Shown one piece after another: positions 20,999-32,211 of a DNA stretch of 64,000 bases. This DNA is from Polyangiales bacterium (GTDB lineage Bacteria > Myxococcota_A > Polyangia > Polyangiales > JADJQN01). The notes under the pieces are model-generated. The model searched no databases and was not told the DNA's origin. It saw only the letters and a list, made by a program, of their open reading frames with translations. The stretch is taken from assembly GCA_964202905.1 (NCBI GenBank), contig CAXNJO010000004.1, positions 384,001 to 448,000 on the forward strand, given 5' to 3'. The position numbers and the translations under genes are program-made. The stretch's first letter is position 1. Every line of letters starts with the position of its first letter.

Positions 20999-21808
20999 TC
21001 ACCGCCCGCGGTAGACGGGCCGACGCTTCTCGGCGAAGGCCGCGAGCGCCTCCAGGCGGTCCTCGGACTCGAGCGTCCGCTCGTAGCAGAGACGCTCACG
21101 CGAGAGGCCCTGCTCGAGCGGGACATCCGCGGCCGCGTCGATCGCCTCGAGGGCCGCGGCGATCGCGATCGGCGCCGCCGCCGTGAGTGGCGCGAGGAGG
21201 GCGCGCGCGCAGTCGACCGCGGACTCGCCCGCCGCGGCGACCCGCGTGGCGAGGCCATAGGCGAGCGCGGTGGGCGCGTCGAGGCGCTGCGCGAGGAGGA
21301 TCATCTCCTTGGCGCGCGCCTCGCCGACGATGCGGGGCAGCCGCTGCGTGCCACCCGCGCCCGGGATGATGGCGAGCGAGGTCTCGGTAAGCCCCACCTG
21401 CGAGCCCGCCGTCATCACGCGGAAGTCGCACGCGAGCGCGAGCTCGAGCCCGCCCCCGAACGCGACGCCGTCGATGGCCGCGACCACGGGCACCGGCAGC
21501 GCGTCGATCGCCCCGAAAGATGCGCGGTAGAGCCCGAGGAAATCGCGCACGTCCTCGAGGCTCATCGACTGGCGCTCCTTGAGGTCCGCGCCCGCGCAGA
21601 ACGCCTTCCCGCCGGCGCCCGTGAGGATCACGCCGCGGAGCGAGCGGTCCTGCGCCGCCTCCCGCGCGAGTCGTCCGAGTTCGCGCACGACGGCGCGCGA
21701 CAGCGCATTCATCCGCTCCGGGCGATCGAGGGTCCAGACGGCGATCGCGTCGTCCCGGGTGACGCGCACGCCCGCGGCCACGGCCGCCGGAGATTCCTGG
21801 GTGCTCAT
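20999..21808 (-). CDS. Enoyl-CoA hydratase (methylglutaconyl-CoA hydratase-like)
   Basis: AFCAGADLKER, GGGLELALACD, ETSLAIIPGAGGTQRLPR. Confidence 0.92.
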   Translation of the reverse strand: MSTQESPAAVAAGVRVTRDDAIAVWTLDRPERMNALSRAVVRELGRLAREAAQDRSLRGVILTGAGGKAFCAGADLKERQSMSLEDVRDFLGLYRASFGAIDALPVPVVAAIDGVAFGGGLELALACDFRVMTAGSQVGLTETSLAIIPGAGGTQRLPRIVGEARAKEMILLAQRLDAPTALAYGLATRVAAAGESAVDCARALLAPLTAAAPIAIAAALEAIDAAADVPLEQGLSRERLCYERTLESEDRLEALAAFAEKRRPVYRGR

Positions 21809-21866
21809 GGCGCGCGACTCTACCAGCGCTGCGCGCCGCAGCGCCGCCGAAGTCGCGGACCGCGCC

Positions 21867-22604
21867 TCAGAAGGAGGTCGGGAGCCGCACGCAGCCCCCC
21901 GCCTGACCGCAGTACTCGGCGAGCTGCGAGGGCTGCTCGGAGGTGAACACGATCACCAGCGCGATGCCTACGGCGACCGCGATCGCGCCGCCCCCGATCC
22001 CGACCCAGGTCCAGGGCTTCTCGTACCAATCGTCGGGCTCGGCGCGTACGCGCGTGGGGTCCTCGTCGGGCGGGAGAGGCTCGAGCGTGAGCGCGAGTTC
22101 CGCGCGCTCGCCGGGTGCCCCCGTTATCTGCCGGATGACCTCGTGGTAGCCCGCGAGCCGCGTGCGGATCGAGCGCGGGCCGTCCGCGAGGTCGAAGTCG
22201 CCGGGGGTCGTCCCCACGAAGCGGCCATCGACGAAGACCTGCGCCCCCGGCGGCGTGCTCTCGACGTGCAGGACGGCGGAGATCGCGATGAGCTCGGCCT
22301 CGACCGTCGCCTCGGCGCCCGCCGTGATGCGCACGACATCGTTGAAGTCCGTGTAGCCAGGCCGCGTCACGCGGAGCGTGTGATCGCCCGGCGTGAGCGC
22401 CTGCGGCTCGATCGGCAGCGTCCCGACGCTCTGCTCGTCGATGAAGACCTCGGCCCCCTGCTGCTGCGAGAGCACGACGAGGCGCCCACGGCGCGCGCCG
22501 CGTCCGCGTTGGGCGGACGCCTCCGCGGGGACCGTCGCCGCGGCGAGCGCAGTGACCATGACGACGAGCGTGACGACGAGCCAGCGAAGATCGCTCACGG
22601 GCAA
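21867..22604 (-). CDS. PEGA domain protein with signal peptide and C-terminal membrane anchor
   Basis: Two PEGA repeats (GAEVFID...PGDH; STPPGAQVFVDG); WYEKPWTW followed by a TM helix. Confidence 0.85.
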   Translation of the reverse strand: MPVSDLRWLVVTLVVMVTALAAATVPAEASAQRGRGARRGRLVVLSQQQGAEVFIDEQSVGTLPIEPQALTPGDHTLRVTRPGYTDFNDVVRITAGAEATVEAELIAISAVLHVESTPPGAQVFVDGRFVGTTPGDFDLADGPRSIRTRLAGYHEVIRQITGAPGERAELALTLEPLPPDEDPTRVRAEPDDWYEKPWTWVGIGGGAIAVAVGIALVIVFTSEQPSQLAEYCGQAGGCVRLPTSF

Positions 22605-22699
22605 GAGACTACGGACGGACGCGCCGTGCCGTCAACGACCGCGGCGTGTCCGCGTCGGTTGGTCTACCCGCGCTGCGGACGGCGTGCGAGGCTCGCGCG

Positions 22700-24106
22700 A
22701 TGGCACGCATCCTCGTCGTTGACGACGAGCCGGGGCTCCGCGAGATGCTCGGCGTCCTTCTGCGGCGCGCGCGACACGAGCCCGTCTGCGTCCCCGGCGT
22801 CGTGACGGCGCTCGCGCGGATCGCGGACGACGACCCGTACGACCTCGTGATCACCGATCTCTCGATGCTCGACGGCACCGGGATGACCGTCCTCGAGGCC
22901 GCCCGCACGCGCGACGCGACGACCGAGGTCGTGATGATCACGGCCTTCGCGACCACCGAGGCCGCCGTCGAGGCGATGCGCCGCGGGGCCTACGACTACG
23001 TCCAGAAGCCCTTCAAGAACCCCGAGTTGCTCGCGACGATCGACAAGGCGCTCGAGAAGCGCGCGATTCACCGCGAGAACGAGTCGCTCCGCGCGAGCGC
23101 GCTCGGCACCTTCCGCCTCGGCAACCTCATCGGCAAGAGCGAGCCGATGAAGCGCGTGATGGCGCTCATCGAGCGCATCGCGAGCGCACGCACGAGCGTG
23201 CTCGTCACCGGCGAGAGCGGCACCGGCAAGGAGGTGGTCGCGCGGGCGCTCCACGACCGCGGCGATCGCCGCGAGGCGCCATTCGTCGTGGTGAACTGCG
23301 GCGCGCTCCCGGAGACGCTGATGGAGAGCGAGCTCTTCGGCCACGAGCGGGGCGCGTTCACCGGCGCGGCCACGCGCAAGGACGGCATCTTCCGCGCGGC
23401 CGACAAGGGCACGCTGTTCCTCGACGAGGTGGGCGAGTTGACGCCTGCCTTGCAGGTGAAACTCCTCCGTGTGCTGCAAGAGCGCAAAGTGCGGCCGATC
23501 GGCGGCGAGAAGGAGTTCGAGGTCGATGTTCGCCTCGTCGCCGCGACGAACCGCGACGTGGAGCTCGAGGTTCGAGAGGGACGTTTCCGTCAGGATCTCT
23601 TCTATCGGCTCAACGTGATCCGGCTCGTGATGCCGCCGCTGCGGGACCGCCCCGAGGACATCCCGCTCCTCGCGGAGCACTTCCTCGTCAAGCACGGAGC
23701 GCTGGCGGGGCGCCGGCTGCTCTTCTCGCCCGAGGTGCTGCGCTGGATCGCGCAGCAGCGCTATCCAGGGAACGTGCGGGAGCTCGAAAACGTGGTCGAG
23801 CGGGCCGTCACGCTCGCGGCGGGCCCACGCATCACGCTCGCGGACCTGCCGGACACCCTCGCGACGAATGGGGCCGCGACCCCGCGCCCAATCGGGCTGC
23901 CGCCCGAGGGCATGGATCTCGACGCCTTCCTCGCGGACACCGAGCAGCGGCTGCTCCTCGAGGCCCTCGAGCGCACGGGCGGCGTGCGCAAGCGCGCGGC
24001 GAAGCTCGTCGGGATGTCCTTCCGCTCGTTCCGGTATCGCCTGGCGAAATACGGACTGGGCGACGGCGACGACGAGCCCGAGAGCGGCGCGGACGGGGAC
24101 GAGTGA
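22700..24106 (+). CDS. pilR: Sigma-54-dependent response regulator (PilR/NtrC family)
   Basis: Receiver domain (LVVDDE), GESGTGKE, GAFTGA, LFLDEVGE, DLFYRL, PGNVRELEN, Fis-type HTH with MSFRSFRYRL; lies directly upstream of a pilin. Confidence 0.85.
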   Translation: MARILVVDDEPGLREMLGVLLRRARHEPVCVPGVVTALARIADDDPYDLVITDLSMLDGTGMTVLEAARTRDATTEVVMITAFATTEAAVEAMRRGAYDYVQKPFKNPELLATIDKALEKRAIHRENESLRASALGTFRLGNLIGKSEPMKRVMALIERIASARTSVLVTGESGTGKEVVARALHDRGDRREAPFVVVNCGALPETLMESELFGHERGAFTGAATRKDGIFRAADKGTLFLDEVGELTPALQVKLLRVLQERKVRPIGGEKEFEVDVRLVAATNRDVELEVREGRFRQDLFYRLNVIRLVMPPLRDRPEDIPLLAEHFLVKHGALAGRRLLFSPEVLRWIAQQRYPGNVRELENVVERAVTLAAGPRITLADLPDTLATNGAATPRPIGLPPEGMDLDAFLADTEQRLLLEALERTGGVRKRAAKLVGMSFRSFRYRLAKYGLGDGDDEPESGADGDE

Positions 24107-24219
24107 GCGCCGCGGTCGCAGCGCGCAGGACGCGTGGCTGTCGTCTGGCGGTCGCCCCCCGCTTCGGTGTACGCTCCGGCTTCGTTCGCCGCCGCGCCGA
24201 AAGCGCGAGGAGGTCCGTG

Positions 24220-24780
24220 ATGAAGCAGACGCCGACCGCACGGCTTCGCGCCCCGAGGAGCCCCGCGGCGCGCAGCGCAAAGGGCTTCTCTCTGATCGAG
24301 CTGATGATCGTCGTCGCGATCGTGGGCATCCTCGCCGCCATCGCGATCCCGTCGTTCCGCACGTACATCCAAAAATCGAAGACGACCGAAGCGACGACCT
24401 TCCTCGGCGAAATTCGCCAACGCGAAGAAGCTTACCGTGCCGAGTTCGGGACTTACTGCGCCGCGCCCGTGGCGCCCCGCGCGACCCCGACGAGCGCGTC
24501 CGTCGCGTGGAGCGTCGCCGCCGGCTCCCCCTGGAACCAGCTCGGCGCGACCCCGGACTCGGCCGTGCGCTTCACGTACCTCGCCCTCGCGGGTACCCCG
24601 GGGACGGCCGGTCCCGCCGGATCCGCCCTCACGGGCAACGACTTCTGGTACGTGGCCCGCGCGACGGGTGACCTCGACGGCGACGGTACCTTCGTCCTCT
24701 TCGAGACGTACTCGGCGAGCTCAGGGGTGTGGGTCGGCAACCCCACGACGGGCCTCACGAACCCCGCCGGCTGGGAATGA
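24220..24780 (+). CDS. pilA: Type IV pilin (PilA-like)
   Basis: KG|FSLIELMIVVAIVGILAAIAIP prepilin cleavage site with Glu5; GAGGAGG RBS. Confidence 0.85.
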   Translation: MKQTPTARLRAPRSPAARSAKGFSLIELMIVVAIVGILAAIAIPSFRTYIQKSKTTEATTFLGEIRQREEAYRAEFGTYCAAPVAPRATPTSASVAWSVAAGSPWNQLGATPDSAVRFTYLALAGTPGTAGPAGSALTGNDFWYVARATGDLDGDGTFVLFETYSASSGVWVGNPTTGLTNPAGWE

Positions 24781-24861
24781 CACCCCACCCCGGGTGCGGC
24801 GAATGCGGCGAGCACGACGTCGCGCGTCGACCACCACGCATCCCGCGCCCCCGATGAGGCC

Positions 24862-25779
24862 ATGACGCGCGAGCGCCGCAGCGTCCTCACCCTGCTGCTC
24901 ATGCTCCTGTCGGCGACGGCCGGCGCGCTGCTCGTGCGCCCGAGCGCGATGCGCGCGTGCCTCGCCGGGGAGACGTACGAGGACGTCTACTACCTGCCCC
25001 CCTCGCGCTGGCTGCGGATCTTCTCCCTCGGCCACGAGGAGGCGCTCGCGGATCTCGTGTGGATGCGCGCGCTCGTCTATTACGGCGACGAGCTCGCGCA
25101 CCGCGGCGACGTCTCGCACGTGTTCGACTACGGGGACGCGGTCGTGACGCTGGACCCTTACTTCCCGGCGGCCTACCGCTGGGCTGGAGCGAGCGCGCTC
25201 TACCGGACGGGCGCGATCACCTGGCGTGACGCCGAGCGGGCGGCGGCCTTCCTCGCCCGCGGCGTGAGGCGCTACCCGGACGACCCCGAGCTGCTCTGGC
25301 AACTCGGCGCGACGCTCTCCTACGAGCTCCCCCCGCTCCTCCCCGACCGCGCCGCGAAGGACGACGCCCGCCGACGCGGCTTGCCCTACCTGCAAGCGGC
25401 AGCGCGGCGCGGCGGCGGTCCAAAGTGGCTCGCCCTGACCAACGTGTCCCAGCTTCAGCGTCTCGGCCGCACCGAGCAGGCCATCCGGCATCTCGAGGAG
25501 ATGTACGCGACGGTGCGCGACGAAGACTTGCGGGCACACCTCGCCGAGACGCTCGGCCGCCTCCGCTCGGCCGCGTACGCCGAGGCGTTTGCCGCCGCGC
25601 AGCGCGACCTCGAGGAGCGACGACGCCACGACGCTCCCTATCTTTCCCCGACCCTCTACCTGCTCGTCGAACCCTGGCCCCGGTCCGACGCGCGCGCGCG
25701 CGCCCTGCGCGACTGGTTCCTCGAAGCGCCGCTCGACCCTGAGTCGGACGAGCCTGACGCCCCGGAGAACGCCCCGTGA
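24862..25779 (+). CDS. Pilin-associated helical protein (resembles myxobacterial PilG)
   Basis: N-terminal TM; LADLVWMRALVYYG and VTLDPYF motifs; positioned directly after the pilin. Confidence 0.55.
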   Translation: MTRERRSVLTLLLMLLSATAGALLVRPSAMRACLAGETYEDVYYLPPSRWLRIFSLGHEEALADLVWMRALVYYGDELAHRGDVSHVFDYGDAVVTLDPYFPAAYRWAGASALYRTGAITWRDAERAAAFLARGVRRYPDDPELLWQLGATLSYELPPLLPDRAAKDDARRRGLPYLQAAARRGGGPKWLALTNVSQLQRLGRTEQAIRHLEEMYATVRDEDLRAHLAETLGRLRSAAYAEAFAAAQRDLEERRRHDAPYLSPTLYLLVEPWPRSDARARALRDWFLEAPLDPESDEPDAPENAP

Positions 25780-25816
25780 TGCGCCGCCGGGTTTGACCCT
25801 CGACGCCCCTCGGCGC

Positions 25817-26371
25817 ATGGTCGCTCCCGTGCGTCGGAGCGTCGGCATGAGCCTCATCGAGGCCTGCGCGGTGACCTGTGTGGGTGGCGTGCTCCTCGCC
25901 GTGGCCGTGCCGACCTTCATGCGGCACGTGCGGACCAGCAAAACGTCGGAGGCCTCCGAGCAGCTCGCCACGCTGCACCGCCTGAGCGCCGCGTACTATG
26001 CGCGGCGCCACACGGGTCCGGACGGTCGTCGCCGGCAGCACTGCCTCCCGGACGCTGCGGGCCCGGCTCCGGCCGCGCCCACGATCAGCCCGCAGACGGT
26101 GGACTTCACAGCCGCCGCGACCCCGGGCGCATCGACGTGGCGCGCGCTCGGCTTCGCGCCGCAGGACCCAACGCGCTACCGCTACGCGCTCGAGCCTGTC
26201 GAAGCGGGGTGCGACCTCGCGCTCGCCGAACGCCCGTATCTGCTGTCAATTCGCGCCGAAGGCGACCTCGACGGCGACGGCGTGCTCTCTCGTTTCGAGC
26301 GCCGCGCCACGGTGCGCGAGGGCGAACTCGTCCCCTTCGGCGTGCTCGTCATCGACCAGCATGTGGAGTGA
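25817..26371 (+). CDS. Second type IV pilin-like protein
   Basis: G|MSLIEACAV...VAVPTF; shares SKT[TS]EA and A.GDLDGDG blocks with the first pilin. Confidence 0.75.
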   Translation: MVAPVRRSVGMSLIEACAVTCVGGVLLAVAVPTFMRHVRTSKTSEASEQLATLHRLSAAYYARRHTGPDGRRRQHCLPDAAGPAPAAPTISPQTVDFTAAATPGASTWRALGFAPQDPTRYRYALEPVEAGCDLALAERPYLLSIRAEGDLDGDGVLSRFERRATVREGELVPFGVLVIDQHVE

Positions 26372-26453
26372 GCGGCCCCGGCGCGGACCGCCCCCCTCCG
26401 ACGGACGCCCCCGACGCCGGGCGTCGTGGGAGCGCCCCCCGCTGCGGCAGCGC

Positions 26454-29174
<2,721 letters not shown>

Positions 29175-29269
29175 CGGGTTCCTCTCGACGTCGTGCCAGA
29201 GCGCACGGGGATCTTCGCCCGGACACGTCGCCCGCGCGCAGGGGCGGTGAGCGTGTGATCGGACGGGGT

Positions 29270-29299
29270 TAAATACGCGAAATCTTCAAGGGCGGTCAA
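29270..29299 (-). promoter_or_regulatory. Possible sigma-70-type promoter of the kinase gene
   Basis: Minus strand TTGACC-N18-TATTTA in a locally AT-rich patch, about 95 bp upstream of the start. Confidence 0.3.
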
Positions 29300-29433
29300 C
29301 ACCGATGGCGAGGCGTCGCAGACGGGCGCGCGCGGCCCGGCGGCGTAGCACGGTGCGGACATGGCCAACCGACCCGTGACCCCGGACCATTCTTGGGTAG
29401 GGGCCGAGGCTGCAGCGCGACGCACTCCGCACG

Positions 29434-32115
29434 CTAACGCGTGCCGGAGGGCCTCACGAAGCGCGGGCTGCGCGCCGTGTCGGGGAAGTAGCGGACGCGC
29501 GCGCCCTGCAGACGCCCCCACCGCGTGTAGGGCAGCGGTTGTGTATCCGGAAACAGCGCGTCGGCCGCGGGGCGCTCGTCGGCGACCCACACGAGCGCGT
29601 CGGCGATCTCGACGCTCCGCTCGCGCGCGCCATCGACGGCGACTGTCCGATCGCCCGCGCGGAAGGCGAGCCGTGCGCCCTCCGGCAGCGCGACCGCGTG
29701 CGCGACCCCGGCCGCGCGGAGCAGCGCGCCGAGCGGTACATCGCTGCCGTCTCGCTCGACGTAGACGACGAACCCGTGCTCGTCGACGCCGAGCGCCGCG
29801 CCCGCGGCCTCGGTCGTCATGGCGTCGGGCCCGGACACGAGCGTGCGCGCGCCCGCCGGCGGCGTGCCGACCGCGTAGGACACGCCGAGCGCGCCAGGAG
29901 ACGACGCGCGCACCGCATAGAGCGCGTACGCCGCACCGTCCCGCGCGAGGGCCCTGCCGCGGGTCAAATAGGCGAGCGGTCGGCTCGCGCCCGGCGGTGC
30001 GAGCGCCGTGGGCGGGGCGCGCGTCGCGTCGATCCGCAGGACCCACGCGCGCTCGGTCGCGTCGCCGAGCGCCGCGCGGGCGAAGGGATGCGGCCACCCC
30101 GCATGCGGGAGCCCCTGCGTCGAGAGACGGGCGGGCCCCTGCCCTGCGAGGCCGGGGAGATCCGGGCCCGGCAGCATGGCGCGCAACGTCAGGAAGAAGA
30201 AGTCCCGCGGATCGCGGCGGATGTACCTGGGGAAACGCATCGGATCCATGGAGCGGACGGCCTTGCGCGCGCGCACCGTCCACGCGCCGGTCGCGCCCTC
30301 CGGGTTCGGGAGCGGGCCCTCCCACGCGTCGTCGGACGGCGGCTCCGCGAGGGGCGGCAGCGCGCCCGCGTCCCGCGCGAGACGGTAGAATTCGAGCCCG
30401 GTGTGCTTCGAGTTCATGTCGAGATGCATCCCGCGGACGCAGCGCACCGCGTTCATCGCGGCCCCGAGCGACTCCGGACCGAGACTCCCACCCCAGAAGA
30501 ACGCGAGGAACCCCTCGCGCGTCACGCAGAGCCCGGAGCGGTGCGTGAACGTCTGCTCCGTCGCGGCCTCGGGCGCCGCGCCCCACCACCACCGCTCCCA
30601 GGGGTTGTAGCGGCCGTCCTCGACGACCGTCGTGAGGTTCTGCCGCATCGCCACCATGCCTTGCGGGATCTGCGCGGTCGCGGCGCGCTCGTCGTACGCG
30701 GCATTCGACGCGGGCGCAGGCCACGAACCGAGCCCAACGTGACCATCTTCAAAGATGGCGACCGTGGCGGCCCAGGGCTTGGGAGGCAGGTACACGCGCC
30801 CGTCGGCCATCATGCCGAACTCGCCGTGCAAGGCTTGAAACCCACCGTTGAAGCCCGCGACGAGCCGCGAGAGCGTTCGTTCGTCGCGAGGGATGAGCCC
30901 CGTCCCGGTCTCACCCGTCGCGCTCTCGGGCTCACGCGTGCCCATGGCGATGTGGAGCTGGACCTGCCGGGCATCCCACATCGTCACGAACACGCGCGCA
31001 TAGCGGCGCTCGGCATCGGGTCGAAGGAAGGTCTGGAAAAAAGGCGGCGGCGCGTGCGGCCAGCGCTGCACGAACGCCGGGTCGTCGACCGCGACCCATT
31101 CGCCCTCCCCGCGCAGCGGGTCGTCGAGGAGCGCAGGCACGGGAGCGGGTGGCCACCCGGCCTCCGCGTCCGCTTCCTCGAGCAGCGCGCGCGGGCTGCC
31201 GGGGTCCTCGCGCCCGCCGGTGCGTGGGCCGCCGAACTCTGCGGCGGCGTCATCCGCCTCCGAGTTCGCGTCGCCCGCGACCGCGTAGCGGAGGCGCTCG
31301 AAGCGATCCTTGAGACCGAACACCGTGTGCTCGAGCCACTCGATCGGCGCGGCGCCGATGAACGACACGTTGCGCACGGTGTCGACGAGCCACGTGATCG
31401 TCCCCGGGACCGACTTCTCGGTCGGACGCGACTCGACGAGCGCCGCCCCCTCCACCGGCGCCTCGCGCGCCGGGTCGAGCACGATCCGCGCGCCGTCGGC
31501 GCGCAGGACGAAACGGCCCCCCTCCCGTGCGACGACGAGGCGCGCCGCAGGGGTGATCAATCCGTAGCGCCGCCTGCCGAACCCGGACGCCCGCCCTGTC
31601 TCCTGCACATTGGTGATCGCGTTCTGCAGGCGCGCCCGCGCGGGCCAGCCATCGGTCAGCACGGCCGGCTCGCCCCGCACGTCGAGCACGGTCACCGCAT
31701 CGAAGCGATCTCCGACCCGCGAGGCGTAGAGCACCGCGCTGCCGAGGCGCACCGGCGCCTGCTCCGCCGCGCTCGACGTGCGCGTGAGATTCGTCGTCGC
31801 GCGGACGTCGAGCACGCCGCCATCCCGCGTGCAGCGCGCTTCGGCGTAATAGAGATCATCCAGCTCGCCGCGCGCGCTCGCGAGCAGGAGCGCAGCCCTC
31901 CCCCGCAGGGCCGTGCCCTCCTCGCCGAGCCAGACGACCGTGCTCGGGTCGACGCGCAACCCGTCACGCGCGAGCGCCGCAGCGAGGGAGCGCGCGTGGT
32001 CCCCAGCGTGGGCGCCCGTCGCGAACGCGCGGACGGTGAGCAACGCGGCAAGCGCAGCGCACGTGGCCAGGAGCCAGCGCGCACGGCGCGTGATGAACGC
32101 CCGAATCCGACTCAC
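29434..32115 (-). CDS. Large exported protein with a phosphodiester-glycosidase (NAGPA)-like domain
   Basis: N-terminal hydrophobic segment; LVAGFNGGF, RSGLCV and GMHLDMN blocks resemble that family. Confidence 0.55.
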   Translation of the reverse strand: MSRIRAFITRRARWLLATCAALAALLTVRAFATGAHAGDHARSLAAALARDGLRVDPSTVVWLGEEGTALRGRAALLLASARGELDDLYYAEARCTRDGGVLDVRATTNLTRTSSAAEQAPVRLGSAVLYASRVGDRFDAVTVLDVRGEPAVLTDGWPARARLQNAITNVQETGRASGFGRRRYGLITPAARLVVAREGGRFVLRADGARIVLDPAREAPVEGAALVESRPTEKSVPGTITWLVDTVRNVSFIGAAPIEWLEHTVFGLKDRFERLRYAVAGDANSEADDAAAEFGGPRTGGREDPGSPRALLEEADAEAGWPPAPVPALLDDPLRGEGEWVAVDDPAFVQRWPHAPPPFFQTFLRPDAERRYARVFVTMWDARQVQLHIAMGTREPESATGETGTGLIPRDERTLSRLVAGFNGGFQALHGEFGMMADGRVYLPPKPWAATVAIFEDGHVGLGSWPAPASNAAYDERAATAQIPQGMVAMRQNLTTVVEDGRYNPWERWWWGAAPEAATEQTFTHRSGLCVTREGFLAFFWGGSLGPESLGAAMNAVRCVRGMHLDMNSKHTGLEFYRLARDAGALPPLAEPPSDDAWEGPLPNPEGATGAWTVRARKAVRSMDPMRFPRYIRRDPRDFFFLTLRAMLPGPDLPGLAGQGPARLSTQGLPHAGWPHPFARAALGDATERAWVLRIDATRAPPTALAPPGASRPLAYLTRGRALARDGAAYALYAVRASSPGALGVSYAVGTPPAGARTLVSGPDAMTTEAAGAALGVDEHGFVVYVERDGSDVPLGALLRAAGVAHAVALPEGARLAFRAGDRTVAVDGARERSVEIADALVWVADERPAADALFPDTQPLPYTRWGRLQGARVRYFPDTARSPRFVRPSGTR

Positions 32116-32211
32116 GGTGCGCCAGATAGCACGCGCCGCCGCGCGCGTGGGGCCGGACGGACACCGGAGCGCGCTGTGTGCGCGCCCCGCCCCCGACCGG
32201 ATGGCCCCGTG

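Noticed and set aside
24135..24150. Sigma-54 promoter for the pilin (TGGCTGTCGTCTGGCG)
   Set aside because: GG-N10-GC spacing fits, but the rest matches poorly and such hits are common at this GC content.
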